In this document: positions 10,925-22,171 of the stretch, one piece after another
Layout: every line of letters starts with the position of its first letter
Position numbering within the stretch: the first letter of the stretch is position 1
NCBI GenBank assembly: GCA_977862235.1
Contig: OZ374561.1
Span: forward strand, 558,001 to 622,000
Direction: 5' to 3'
Length of the DNA stretch: 64,000 nt
Source of the DNA: Dudresnaya verticillata
Lineage: Eukaryota
Position numbers and translations under genes: made by a program
Notes under the pieces: model-generated
Seen by the model: only the letters and a program-made list of their open reading frames with translations
The model's database searches: none
What the model was told of the DNA's origin: nothing

Positions 10925-11983
10925 ATGAGGAGCTTAGTGCGCACTGCGCGGAGATTCCACAACAAGCAGATCATTCAGAGGCGATCTCTGGCAAATTTCG
11001 CAGAGCTGTATCGAAAGAGCATCGATAGCGCCCCTTTGCAGCCGGGCGACTCTCTGCAGGGTCATGTGGTCGGCCGTCAAAGACCAAGGTCATCCTCGTC
11101 CCGATTCTACATTGTAGACTTCGGGCTGAAATCAGAAGCCCCGTTTACAGCTAAGGAGATTCCCGGCGCCTCGAACATCGGGGACAAAGTTACCCTGCCC
11201 TTGTTGGCATTGGAAGATGATTTCAATGAGCCAGTTTTGGACTACGATAGAAAAGCTCAGATGCCCGCTATCACTGCGGAACGATATGCGCTTCTTACCC
11301 GGACGGCAAGAACTGGAGCGCGCTTCGTACATGGCCGATTCGCAAGCTTCAAGAGAGGTGGTGCAAGCGTCAAAGTCCTTGGAAATGACGCCTTCATTCC
11401 GCGGCATCATGTCGTCGCCCTTGACCGTCCCGTTTTAGGATCCTTTGCCCCGTTTTATGTCATCAGCGTATCTGCGGACAAGAGAAGCACCGGAGGTACC
11501 CCAGGCCTCGACGTCAATACTGTAGTTTCCAGCTATGGTGGTTTTTTATTCTGTTTAGCTAATCTGGTTGGTATTGATGAAGTGTGGAAAAAGAGCGGTG
11601 GAGGATCGAACAAGGAACGCCTTGCGTATTTGCAGCTTCTGACAAGATTGCTTGCACAAAAGAACACTGCCGTAAGGCGTATTCTGCCAAAGAACAGTGA
11701 TACAGCTAGGCGACGATCCTACCGGCGAGCAGAGCACTCTCGAGGTCAAGGGGGTAGTAAGAACGATTCAGCTTGGTTGCATGATTTGCCCCAAGGAGAT
11801 TGGGTCTCAAGCGGACAAACCGACAACGCCAAAATTTGGGATCGCCTCAGAAGGCCAGTCGCGCTTCGACCGCGTCAGAAGGCAGAAATTAACAGTGCGG
11901 AACGCGAGAGCTCTGGACAAAGTCGACCATCTCGACCGCGCAACACCAAAGACCAAACGGAGAAACCAACGGAGGACTTTTGA
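10925..11983 (+). CDS. S1-domain protein, probably mitochondrial ribosomal protein bS1m-like (352 aa)
   Basis: Arg-rich, acid-free N-terminus resembling a mitochondrial presequence. GDSLQGHVVG...YIVDFGLKSEA and KRGGASVKVLGNDAFIP match ribosomal protein S1 repeats. Confidence 0.65.
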   Translation: MRSLVRTARRFHNKQIIQRRSLANFAELYRKSIDSAPLQPGDSLQGHVVGRQRPRSSSSRFYIVDFGLKSEAPFTAKEIPGASNIGDKVTLPLLALEDDFNEPVLDYDRKAQMPAITAERYALLTRTARTGARFVHGRFASFKRGGASVKVLGNDAFIPRHHVVALDRPVLGSFAPFYVISVSADKRSTGGTPGLDVNTVVSSYGGFLFCLANLVGIDEVWKKSGGGSNKERLAYLQLLTRLLAQKNTAVRRILPKNSDTARRRSYRRAEHSRGQGGSKNDSAWLHDLPQGDWVSSGQTDNAKIWDRLRRPVALRPRQKAEINSAERESSGQSRPSRPRNTKDQTEKPTEDF

Positions 11984-12062
11984 ACGATGTGTCATGGGAC
12001 GGAGAGGACGGATTTGGGCGATGAGCTATTCGCTGGAGAACTTTTGGGGATAGACATTACAA

Positions 12063-12912
12063 TTACGTTTGATCGGGCTTTTCGAGCAAAGCCATGCCCT
12101 TAATTCCATCAGGGTCTGCTACAAAGTCCAGACCTTCGAAGAACGACCGGTCCAAATCGGAAGAGAAAAGCGCTATGCTACACCCAGGCACTGTTCGCCG
12201 CAATTCTTTCAACAAGTACTTCACAACATTGCGTTTCATCAGGGTCTGTATTCCTCATCACAGTCGTTTGTTGAAAGGGCGCTGGTTAGTGTCTTTTTCA
12301 TGAATTGGAAGCAACCTCTGCGCATGCTGAGACAGAAAAAAAGAAACGAACCTCATCTGGAAGAGCAGGATCTGTGACCACATCCCAGATCGTGCCATTC
12401 AAGGCTCTGTCTGAAGTGGCCCGCGCAAATCCAACAACCCGTCTATCCGATATGAGACGAGCGTAGACTAAGGCGTAGCTCCCGTCGAGAGCTTTCCGCC
12501 ACTTTCCCAAATCCCGGCTCTATCATCGAAAAAGCGGAGGCGAACGCACGAGCATTGCAGCAGATCAGTCGTTAGAAGCGCTGAATATGGCGCTGAATGT
12601 GCTCCGCGTCCTCGTGAAAGACTACCGCGGACCAATCCTTTCGTTGCCTAAACCAAACTGCTCGCTTACCCCTTTCCCAGCCTTGACCATCAGGTTGTTT
12701 ACCTCTTCTGGAGAAATGTCATGTCTGTCGGTTGAGATGATTGCGCGTTGGCTCTTGTACTTCGAAATATTCACGCCTCCACCAACACTGGAACTTGCAT
12801 TGGAATCATCGGCAGTCGCTCTAAACCGACAACGTTGTAATCTCCGTTGGGAAGAAGTCTGCGCGAAGTTACTAGAATGGCAGCCAAACGCCAGCGACCT
12901 TTGCGTGTTCAT
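12063..12912 (-). CDS. Plastid GNAT-family protein, SNAT/NSI/Ycf52-like; 3 exons: 12912-12670, 12519-12352, 12245-12063 (197 aa)
   Basis: Manual splicing at phase-0 GT-AG introns with CTAAC branch points (12571-12575, 12285-12289) gives ...GKG-SRDLGKWRKALDGSY...VGFARATSDRALNGTIWDVVTDP...DE-TLMKRNVV...FFEGLDFVADPDGIKGM. ARATSD/IWDV/DPDGIKGM are SNAT/NSI hallmarks. N-terminus resembles a transit peptide. Confidence 0.85.
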
Positions 12913-14619
12913 CCCAGTCAAACAACAGGTGCAAAACGTAGGTGAACGCCTGCGTTCGCACTAGTCTGTTCTTTCTTCTCTTTGTGCTCGCCTAGATCAC
13001 AGCGAACCAAAGTTTGAAGGGCACAGCGCGATGGAAGAAACCTTATGCTCTCTGGCGCGGGAGGCCATTCCGCTGCGAACCGCAAGGCAATTCAGCTTTC
13101 GCAAAGGGTCGTGATTTAGGCCACACCGATGTTGTTTGTGGTTCAGCGTTGACGCGCAGGGCACCAATGCCAGGAGCCAGATTTTGAGGGCAGCTTCGAC
13201 AGCTCATGTGAGCGTGCGAACACTCCTCCAGCGCAGGATGGCTTTTTCCATTGAAAAAATTAAGGATGCCTATAATGCTGTGCCGATTGTCGTGCTGGAT
13301 GAATTTTCAGACTGCGTGCATAAAACAACTTCGCTTGATATATTTAAAGCTTTGACCTGACGGCACAAGAACGATTTGGAATGGACGCAGTGAAACTTTG
13401 CGCGATAGATTTAGTTAGCCTAAGCTAACGTTTAAGCTAGACTTTTAAATAAGATACAAGAAGGCTTTTAAAATGGCACAGTGAGCAACGGCTGATGAAA
13501 ACCACCTCGACAAAACACGGTTACAGTTTTTGTAAACTTACTTCCAGCCCTCGAAGAGCGTTCATGCTTATGTCCTAGTCATCTCTAAGTGAGTTAATAG
13601 ACTCCAGAGAACAACTGGACAAGTTTTGGTACAGTGGGAGCACAAACCCCTTTTTTAGAAGAACGCCAATTACTCACATTGTGGGTCACACTATTGCTCC
13701 AGCTCGCAGAAAACCAGGGTGCAGAGCTCCTCGACTAAACGCAGGAAGAATACCAGACGTTCTGCAAGGTGTCCCTCCAGGTGTTCCATGCCGTGCTGCA
13801 GAACTTCATGTTAACAGCAATTTGAAGCGTTTGGCATCTCTAGTGGAAAGGGCAATCATCCTCACGCTTTCTACAAATTCTAACAGAAGACGACGTGAAG
13901 ACACAAGAGCTCACATTCACTGCAGCCTTGAAAGCTTCGAGATAGCAATGAAGTTAACGAAATACATTGATTACACTCTAGGCAAATAGCACAAATTTCA
14001 TAGAAGTATAGAATGACCCTGTATGGAGTTCCCCATTCCTCCGTTTTGAGCGGCCAATAGCCCATACACCATCAGCAAAAACTAGGCTTGTGCACCAGCT
14101 TGGATCTCTGCCTACTCTTATCAGGCAGGATGGCAACTTATTAAGGTATCGATCAACTGCCTTGTTGCGAAGGGCGGAAGCACACATCCGAGAGCCTTCA
14201 CGTCTCCAGTCCACGCGTTCTCTATTGAAGGCCCTTCCGGAAATATCTGATATATCTGTATATCTGAAGGCAATAATATTTGCTTCGGGGAAGGAAGCTT
14301 TCGTTGTGCAGCCTCCTCCTGAACAGAAATTAGAAGACCTGCGGGTCACAAGTTCCGACATTTTGTCGGCAACCAATCAACTTGCACGACGGGCCTGTAC
14401 GGTGCTGCTTGGGTCATTGCAGTGGCTTCCCCTGAACCTCTCATTCGAGCGAGAATCATAGTCAGCATACCGCGACCATGGCAAAGCAGTAACATTATTT
14501 GCGCCGATTCGCTCACGTCAACTGTGAACAGTTTATTACTTCGTCTTCCTTAGCCGCAGTCTGAATTGCAAAGACGGTCGCCTATCTTGCACTATTTGAG
14601 AAAGGCACCAACGCAAAGA

Positions 14620-15876
14620 ATGGCTCCGAAGGACAACACCCACCTCACTGCCTTCGCCTTTGCAGGCCTGCTCTTCACAAAATCGAAATCGAATGACTCA
14701 TTCCTTACGAAGCGGCCGCACGGAATTTTGCACATACATGCGGGAGGGAGAACCTCAATATCTCAGCAAAGCCTGTCGGCATCCGGGTTGCGGATGGCGG
14801 CTGATGGAGCCGATGTAAAGGTGCCCTTGAAGACAGGGTCAAAAACTGAAACTACCATCCGCCCGCGTTCGGTCAAGAGCTTCTCTATTCCATATGACAA
14901 CCTTGTTATCCGAGCGTGGCGACCAGGCGACCGCGTTCCATGTATCGAACTCATAGGGTCGGTTTTGACCGAATACAGGCTCAGTTGGGACCCGCTAACA
15001 GCAGACAGAGACGTGGTTGATGTGGAGAACACGTACCGCGAAGGAGAGTTTTGGGTCATTGAGGACACCACGACGTCCAATGTAGTTGGGACAGCCGCAT
15101 TTTATGCTGTTCCGCATCGCGGTTCCGGCTGTGTTGAGATCCGCAAAATGTACATCAGCAAAGCTGTCCGTGGTCGAGGGCTTGGCGCTTTCCTTTTGAC
15201 TGCTTTGGAGCAGAGGGCATATCAACTCGGGTACAAGAAAGCATTCATTGAAACCGCCTCGGTCCTCAAAGAGGCACACGCCATGTATTTGTCGAGGGGT
15301 TACATACCATCAAGTGGCCTGGAAACGGAGCGGTGCGACATAGTACTCCAAAAGGCGCTGCTTCCTCTTCAACCACCCATTAACGTAGACCATGTTGAAG
15401 CCATTGACATGACGAGAGGCTGGATGGTAACGTGCACCACTCGCAAGCAAGCGTTGGATCACAGAATTTTGTTCCGGGCAGTGGTTGTTTTGGTTGAGAG
15501 CGGGGATAAAGTGTTGGTCCACAAACGTTCGCAGAAGAAGTCGACCTATCCTGGAAGGCTTGCAGTGTTTGTCACTGGCGGTGTAGATTGGATGGAGGAA
15601 CCTCTGGCATCTGCAAAGCGTGAAGTTCAAGAAGAAATCGGTATTTCGGGTTTGCAGTTCAGTCAGGTTTTTGCTCCTTTCCTAGCAAAAGGGAAGGACG
15701 GTCTCGGGCAGCGTATTCAGTTTCATCCGTTTGTAGCTAGGGGTGACTTCAGTGAGGAAGATCTCGTGTTTGATCCGGAAGAAGTGGAGAGTGGAGAGCT
15801 ACTGTCCCGTGAGGAAATAATATCAAAAGGCATTGGTGGCTCTCTATGGGAAGAGTTTCGAGGGCATGGCCTGTAA
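14620..15876 (+). CDS. GNAT acetyltransferase - Nudix hydrolase fusion with probable plastid transit peptide (418 aa)
   Basis: GNAT part: EIRKMYISKAVRGRGLG...AFIETASVLKEAHAMY. Nudix box GGVDWMEEPLASAKREVQEEIGI fits GX5EX7REUXEEXGU. First ATG at 14620. Ser-rich leader ending ..LRM-A. Confidence 0.85.
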   Translation: MAPKDNTHLTAFAFAGLLFTKSKSNDSFLTKRPHGILHIHAGGRTSISQQSLSASGLRMAADGADVKVPLKTGSKTETTIRPRSVKSFSIPYDNLVIRAWRPGDRVPCIELIGSVLTEYRLSWDPLTADRDVVDVENTYREGEFWVIEDTTTSNVVGTAAFYAVPHRGSGCVEIRKMYISKAVRGRGLGAFLLTALEQRAYQLGYKKAFIETASVLKEAHAMYLSRGYIPSSGLETERCDIVLQKALLPLQPPINVDHVEAIDMTRGWMVTCTTRKQALDHRILFRAVVVLVESGDKVLVHKRSQKKSTYPGRLAVFVTGGVDWMEEPLASAKREVQEEIGISGLQFSQVFAPFLAKGKDGLGQRIQFHPFVARGDFSEEDLVFDPEEVESGELLSREEIISKGIGGSLWEEFRGHGL

Positions 15877-16207
15877 CATTGCTGAAGACTCTAGCAACGC
15901 GAGAACTATCAAGCTTCCTGCCTTTGCATTATAAGGCGTTTTGCTCAACAAAAAGGGGGTTTGATCCCAGCAACCCCGCTCTCAATGCAGCAGCTCGAGA
16001 CATACTTTTGTACTATTATACCATTATTCTCGCAGTGAAAACAACTATTGAACACTTTACGTCATCAAGCCCTTCACACACGCGCCCACGCAACTCCGCG
16101 TGCGCCTGTGACGCAACTTTCCACTAGCACCCCCATGCGACGAAGGGCCAGCCCTGTCTGCCTACGGAGCGTACTTACGGCTTCGATGCATGCCACCTCC
16201 ACAGCAT

Positions 16208-17278
16208 TTACTGCACCAGGCTAAGCTCCGCAACCTTCGCCTCCAACAACGCAATCTGTTGTTTGGCCTCAGCCATCTCTTTCTCCGCAAAGCTGACAAT
16301 CTTATCCGTTTCGGTCGATGCGAGAGTGTACTCCGCGATCTCTGCCTCAGTGAGATACATGTAGTTGCCCATACTGATTTCGAAACGCCTGCGCGGCGCA
16401 GCAGCCTCATTCACAGGCTCGGCAGCAGCTGCCGCAAACGACGACAGCTGCTGTCCCAGGTCGAGATCCGGACGGCCAGGGATAGCTTTCGCAACACTGA
16501 CAAACGAACATTTGCCATTGAGGGCCACGTTGGAGACAAGCTTCGATGGGACACCAGCGCCATCCAAAGACAAGACATGGTTCGGGTTATCAATGCCGAT
16601 AGCTTTCGCGCGACCAGTCAGGCTCTTGTCCGTAGTCCCAGGCGAGGAATACATGGTGCACATACGGTTGAACTCCTCAATGGTTCTGTACGTTCCTTTG
16701 AACCGCATTTCCGGTACATAGTCACCACCGAACGCCTGGTCGTATTCCTCCGAGTCAATGTATGAGTTAATCTCTGCCTCAAAGCCCTCGTTCGCGATAA
16801 TCTGAATGTGCTCCGCAACCTCAGCCTGCGAATTCGGTCCCCGACCAAGCAAGTGCTTGAAGTTGAGCTCAACGGCGCGGTAAGGTGTGCAGCAGTCGAA
16901 GAAGCGACGCCTATACGTCTGAGACAACGCGCACCCGCGCACAAACTCTTTGACAGAGATTCGCCCAGCACGGTACATCGACTCGGCTATGTAGGCTTCT
17001 GCTCGTTCCGACTCCATCACATACGCGTTGCCGAAAACTTGCTTCCAAACCATATTGCAAATGACATCCTTGTCGCTAGTGGACGAGAAGGTTGGGTTGG
17101 GCGTGTAGATAAGCGTCTGCAACGTAATACCATAGTCTCCGGTCATGCGGACGGTACCCGGCGCAGCGGCTGCGAGCGGCGCCCTCTCCATGGTCGCGCC
17201 GCACACATTGGAGAGGCCATTCGGCGGCAGAGCCACCCGCGACGAACCTAATCCCAGCCCCTGGACAAAGGCGTACAT
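16208..17278 (-). CDS. Nucleus-encoded phycobilisome rod linker polypeptide with transit peptide (356 aa)
   Basis: PBS linker domain motifs KQVFGNAYVMESER, ISVKEFVRG, ELNFKHLLGRGP, GFEAEINSYIDSEEY..FG..VP. Red-algal-type transit peptide MYAFVQG...VRM. Confidence 0.93.
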   Translation of the reverse strand: MYAFVQGLGLGSSRVALPPNGLSNVCGATMERAPLAAAAPGTVRMTGDYGITLQTLIYTPNPTFSSTSDKDVICNMVWKQVFGNAYVMESERAEAYIAESMYRAGRISVKEFVRGCALSQTYRRRFFDCCTPYRAVELNFKHLLGRGPNSQAEVAEHIQIIANEGFEAEINSYIDSEEYDQAFGGDYVPEMRFKGTYRTIEEFNRMCTMYSSPGTTDKSLTGRAKAIGIDNPNHVLSLDGAGVPSKLVSNVALNGKCSFVSVAKAIPGRPDLDLGQQLSSFAAAAAEPVNEAAAPRRRFEISMGNYMYLTEAEIAEYTLASTETDKIVSFAEKEMAEAKQQIALLEAKVAELSLVQ

Positions 17279-18015
17279 GACGATGGTGGAGCAACAAGTT
17301 CAAGGAAACCTTGGTGACTATCTCAACAACAGCAGGGAGGCGTTGTGCGAAAGTGCCGCTCGAAAGGAGCGATTTTGGTTGCTGCGACGGTGCGGCCCAG
17401 GGGGTGCAATCCCGACTGCTCTGTAGCGATTTGGCACAGTACCAACGAGGTGCCCTGGAGATCGCCGGTTCCCGTCGCAAATCCCACACGGAAGGTACTG
17501 TGTAGGGTTCTCACCCCTCGTTTCTGTCCAACAAAAGGGATACAAGTGTCTTCATACCGGCGCAATGTCTGAAGCCCTTGGCTTACATGAAGGAACTGTA
17601 ATTTGACCGTTTGACTCTGTCGGCTATCACTTTTTTGGGCGCAAAGGAGCCAACGTTGCTCCCCTTCACCACTCTCTCGCACCGAACTCTTGGAAGGATG
17701 CCGACTCCGCGGCCCTACAACGTCAACAGCGCAGGATAGAACTCCCGAGGGTTAGGAGGTTGGGAGGATTGACGTGTGCAACATTGCGGTCAAAGTCTCG
17801 TAGCCTGCTTTGCCGGCGGAGCGCGGGCAAGGCTTTGTCTGCTTGCTCCGTTAGCCGCCCTCTGCTTTGTTGAACAACAAGCCTCAACATCTTCCTATGG
17901 TGGGATGATATCTTGTTTGAAGCGAATCTACATCGGATTTCATTCACTTTGAACGAAGCTGCGGAAGTGACATTTACAGCCCTCCGCTCATAGGAAATCG
18001 GCAAGCGCAACAAGT

Positions 18016-18846
18016 ATGGGTGAGCGGAAGGTCCAGGCGAAGTACTATCCGCCGGACTTCGACCCGTCGAAGCTTCCCCGAATCAAAAAGAAACGACAGA
18101 ATGATGATGCTGTACGTTTCATGCTTCCCATGTCAGTGCGATGCGAGTCATGCGGAGAGTTTATGGGTACGGGACTCAAGTTCAATTCGCGGAAGTCAGA
18201 CACAGGGGAGAACTACCTCGGCATCCGTGTTTTTCGATTCTCTATGAAGTGCAAAGGATGCCCGGCGTCATTCACTATAAAGACGGATCCGAAGAACAGT
18301 GACTACATATGTGAGACTGGAGTTCGACGAAACTACGAACCATGGCGCGCTGCGAAAGAAGCAGAGGAGGAGGGTAAAGACGAGCGGAAACGGCAAGATG
18401 AAGATGCGATCCAGGCCTTGGAGAACAAGACCAAGGACGCAAAACAGGAAATGGAGGACCTAGATGCCTTGGATGAACTTAAATCAGCAACGGCGAAACG
18501 TGCTGCTGTAAATATTGACGACGTTCTCGCAAAAGGGAAGGCTGCAGAGGCCAGGGAGGCAGAAAAAGTGGAGAACGAAATGATTGCTGCAGCAAAGATT
18601 GCCTTCGAACGCAACAGAGGCATGACTCAATCTGTGTCGCATGTTCTCCCGAACTCAATAGCGGGACATCGTAAAGAGCTTAAAATGAACTTGCAAAACA
18701 GACAAGAGCCGAAGTTCAGGTTAAAAGCGGTGAAGAAGATCAAGAAGATCGAGCGAAAACATGCGAAGAAGGCAAATCAACCGGTGCTAAGTCCAGGACT
18801 CGTAGCGTATGAAGGATCAAGCAGTAGTGATAGTGAGGCTCAGTAA
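18016..18846 (+). CDS. YJU2: Splicing factor YJU2/CWC16 (CCDC94 family)
   Basis: MGERKVQAKYYPPDFDPSK, VRFMLPMSVRCESC, GLKFNSRK, YLGIRVFRF.MKC..C, IKTDPKNSDY. Confidence 0.95.
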   Translation: MGERKVQAKYYPPDFDPSKLPRIKKKRQNDDAVRFMLPMSVRCESCGEFMGTGLKFNSRKSDTGENYLGIRVFRFSMKCKGCPASFTIKTDPKNSDYICETGVRRNYEPWRAAKEAEEEGKDERKRQDEDAIQALENKTKDAKQEMEDLDALDELKSATAKRAAVNIDDVLAKGKAAEAREAEKVENEMIAAAKIAFERNRGMTQSVSHVLPNSIAGHRKELKMNLQNRQEPKFRLKAVKKIKKIERKHAKKANQPVLSPGLVAYEGSSSSDSEAQ

Positions 18847-19153
18847 AGTCCCCGGTCGGCAGCGAAGAAGCTCTGTTCAAGCAGGTTTATCAACAAACGT
18901 AGAGTGTGAGAGCGCTGGTGTGCCATACTGACCTTGCGACAAGTCCAGGTGGTAGATTCTTGCCGCATGAGATGAACTGCGCAGCTCAACATAGACTACG
19001 AAACGCTTGCAGAGAAAGCAGATCTCTTTTAAACTTTGGGAGAGGATTGTGACAAAAGCGCAACGCGGCAGCTTCTCGGTATCGTACAGCAATTACTGAG
19101 CGACATGGAGGCAGGTGCTCAAACATCTCAGAAATCTAAGCATCGGAGTGTAC

Positions 19154-20512
19154 CTACAGTTCTTCCTCTCCCTCAGGTTGCTCACCGTCATACTCTCCCT
19201 CTTCGTACTCCTCCTCGTCGACTGTCGCTTGCCCGTACTGGGTGTACTCAGAGATCAAATCCTGGACATTGGCCTCAGCCTCTGAGAATTCCATCTCGTC
19301 CATACCCTCACCAGTGTACCAGTGCAAGAAAGCTTTACGCTTGAACATGGCGGAGAATTGCTCGCCAACACGCTTGAAGAGGTCCTGAATCGTCGTGGAG
19401 TTCCCAATGAAAGTCGCGGCGACCTTCTGGCCTGGCGGCGGGACGTCGCAAACGCTGGTCTTAGCATTGTTGGGAATCCACTCAACGAATTGGCCCGAGT
19501 TCTTATCCTGGATCTTGCACATCTCGTCCTCCACCTCCTTCGTGGACACTTTGCCTCGGAAGTACGCAGCGGCAGTGAGGTAGCGCCCGTTCCGAGGGTC
19601 GCAATCAGCCATCATGTTCCTGGGCTCAAAGAGCTGAGCAGTGAGCTCCGGAATGCTCATGGACTTGTACTTCTCAGACCCGTTTCCAGACAATGGGGCG
19701 TAGCCCACGACAAAGAAGTGAAGACGTGGGAACGGAATGAGGTTGACAGCGAGCTTGCGAAGGTCAGCGTTGAGCTGACCCGGGAAACGAAGAGAGCAGG
19801 TGACGCCGGACATGACACCAGCAACAAGCCTGTTCAGGTCAGCATAATCCGGAGTCTGCTTCTTCAGGGTGTTCGTACAAATGTTGTATAAGGCCTCATT
19901 GTCAATCGAGAAGACGGCATCAGCGTTCTCAATGAGCTGGTGGACAGAAAGCGTGCAGTTGTACGGCTCCACAACAGTATCAGATACCTTCGGGGACGGC
20001 ATGACAGAGTAGGTACAGAGCATGCGATCGGGGTACTCCTCACGAATCTTGGAAACAAGGAGTGTTCCCATTCCGGAGCCGGTTCCACCACCAAGCGAGT
20101 GGGAAACCTGGAAGCCCTGCAAGACATCACAGGCCTCAGCCTCCCTGTGAACAACATCAAGAACCGTCTCGATGAGCTCGGCACCCTCGGTGTAGTGACC
20201 CTTGGCCCAGTTGTTCCCGGCACCGTTCTGGCCGTAGACGAAGTTGTCGGGGCGGAAAATAGAGCCTAGATTACCAGACTTGACATTGTCGACAACTCCC
20301 GGCTCCAGGTCGAGCATGACGGCGCGTGGGACGAAGCGGCCCTCGGAGCCCTCGGAGTAGTAGACAGGGATTCTCTCCCTCTGAATGTCCGATGTGCCAA
20401 TGTAGCTGCCGGTGGCGTCGATGCCATGCTCGGCCGAGATGGTCTCCCAGAAGGCTGCACCCATCTGGTTACCACATTGGCCAGCTTGGAGACTGACAAT
20501 ACCGCGCGACAT
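19154..20512 (-). CDS. TUBB: Beta-tubulin (452 aa), intronless
   Basis: [71 protein letters not shown] and an acidic tail. ATG at 20512. Confidence 0.98.
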   Translation of the reverse strand: MSRGIVSLQAGQCGNQMGAAFWETISAEHGIDATGSYIGTSDIQRERIPVYYSEGSEGRFVPRAVMLDLEPGVVDNVKSGNLGSIFRPDNFVYGQNGAGNNWAKGHYTEGAELIETVLDVVHREAEACDVLQGFQVSHSLGGGTGSGMGTLLVSKIREEYPDRMLCTYSVMPSPKVSDTVVEPYNCTLSVHQLIENADAVFSIDNEALYNICTNTLKKQTPDYADLNRLVAGVMSGVTCSLRFPGQLNADLRKLAVNLIPFPRLHFFVVGYAPLSGNGSEKYKSMSIPELTAQLFEPRNMMADCDPRNGRYLTAAAYFRGKVSTKEVEDEMCKIQDKNSGQFVEWIPNNAKTSVCDVPPPGQKVAATFIGNSTTIQDLFKRVGEQFSAMFKRKAFLHWYTGEGMDEMEFSEAEANVQDLISEYTQYGQATVDEEEYEEGEYDGEQPEGEEEL

Positions 20513-20731
20513 GGTGAGTCCGTTGAGGTGCACGTAGAGCGGGTGGCGGAAGGCGGAGGGCAGCGGGCAGAGGGTGTGTGAAGTTGGGTTGTCGGGGGTA
20601 CGACAAGCGGAGAAGGTGGGGAAGGAAGCGGGAGGGCGCGGCAGGGGGTGGGGGCGGGGGGGGAGGGAAGACGAGAGCAGCGGTGGGCGTTTGAAAGATT
20701 TGAAACGCAAGGCTACGACGAGCGCTTCGCT

Positions 20732-20754
20732 GGGGGGGGGGGGGGGGGGGGGGG
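20732..20754. repeat. G23 homopolymer upstream of beta-tubulin
   Basis: 23 consecutive G on the + strand, within a G-run-rich segment at 20540-20770. Confidence 0.95.
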
Positions 20755-22171
20755 TTGGGGGCGACGGGTGAGCGCTGGCGAGAGACACGGGCGTTTGGCG
20801 CGGTTGTGAGAAAAAGTGCGTCTCTGGTCACGGAAACGCAAGTTTTGGTTTGCATAAAAAAAGGCGGACTCTGCAGGCGCACGTTTGAACGCGATTTCGA
20901 AATCAAATTGGCAAATGTCGGCGCGCGGGTGCAAATCCAGGCGCCTGCCACGTCCGTTTGCCCGCGCTTTTTCCGCTGTGGCGTTGTGGGCTGCGCCACT
21001 TTCGGATCTGTGTCCAATCGCCCCGACTGGGCCGCCCCGCGGCCCGAACAACTGTCCCATGCCACGATTCTTCGATATTATCATCTCCGAGGCCCTCCTC
21101 CCGCTCACGCAGTGTGCCCGTCTTTGAGCCCTCACGTGTTTTTAATTCCGTTCCGGGTCCCAGAAGACCCCACCGGGCCAGGTGTCACGCAACACCCTCC
21201 GCTCTGTTCCCGCCTTTCGATGAGGATCATCCTTGCTCCAGCAGCGCAACTTCTGCGCCTATAACCCCGCTTGCATTCGAGCAATCTGTGACGATCTTCT
21301 CCTGCCTCCGCCGGATGTGCAGGTGCTGTCATCATCCATAACACGCTGTACGAAGTAAAGCTTGTACTCAATCCGTCCTTGAGCCACATTTTGTACTTTA
21401 TACACGCATCTGTCTATGCCACCTTCACTACCTAATACGCACTTACTTGGCTTCAAATCAACGTTTGAAACAACGTTGAGATAACGCTCTAACCCAAAGG
21501 GTTTAACACTGAAGCGTCCTGCGAATCAAAACGTTGCTGCTCAAGCTATAGAGCTAGCTGGAGCTTTCGCACCTTAAAACAGACCCTTCAGGATGGCCCA
21601 GAGTGTGCTCAAAACATATCAACGTTCACTAGGTTGCTTCAGAAAAAAAAAGCGTCACCGGAACAAGACCATTGCAGCGTGCCGTGCACCGCTTCCCATC
21701 TGAACTACCTTAGAAGGCTCTCTAAGAGCACTGCTGTCTAGTGAAAGCAGTGTTTGATTCATTATTTATTGCATATCAAGCAATCTATCAGTCTGCAACT
21801 GAAGTGCCCGTACGGCTGTGATGACACAGTGGCTACTTCTGTGGAGAGCGCATCCCCCCAGAAGTTGCCAACAACTTGAGCAGGCGCAACTTCATCATAT
21901 AGTGTCACACTGCCTAGTGAGAAGTCCTTTAATACTGGGCTACTGTTAGAAGAGATATCTGCCCCGGCTCAAGATTTGATTATGTTCAGTGTTAGCAGCA
22001 GTCTGGCTCATGGTTTCTTCTAGAGAAGAATAGAAACAGCTGCCAACCAACGATATCTAGTTGTTGCAACGCTTTCTATACTCCCCTTTGACGTCCGATG
22101 GTAGCAACCTTGTGTCGTCGTTATGAAAGAGAGTTGTCTTCAAAGAGCAAGGAAAAGTGGGCTTGCTACAA

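Noticed and set aside
13136..14461. Fragmentary ORFs that might be a pseudogene or decayed transposon
   Set aside because: Stops in all frames and no recognisable transposase, RT or other motif, so no call can be supported.
20513..20788. Pro-rich N-terminal extension of beta-tubulin in the ORF track
   Set aside because: Non-ATG start and translation of poly-C leader. Tubulin homology begins at ATG 20512.
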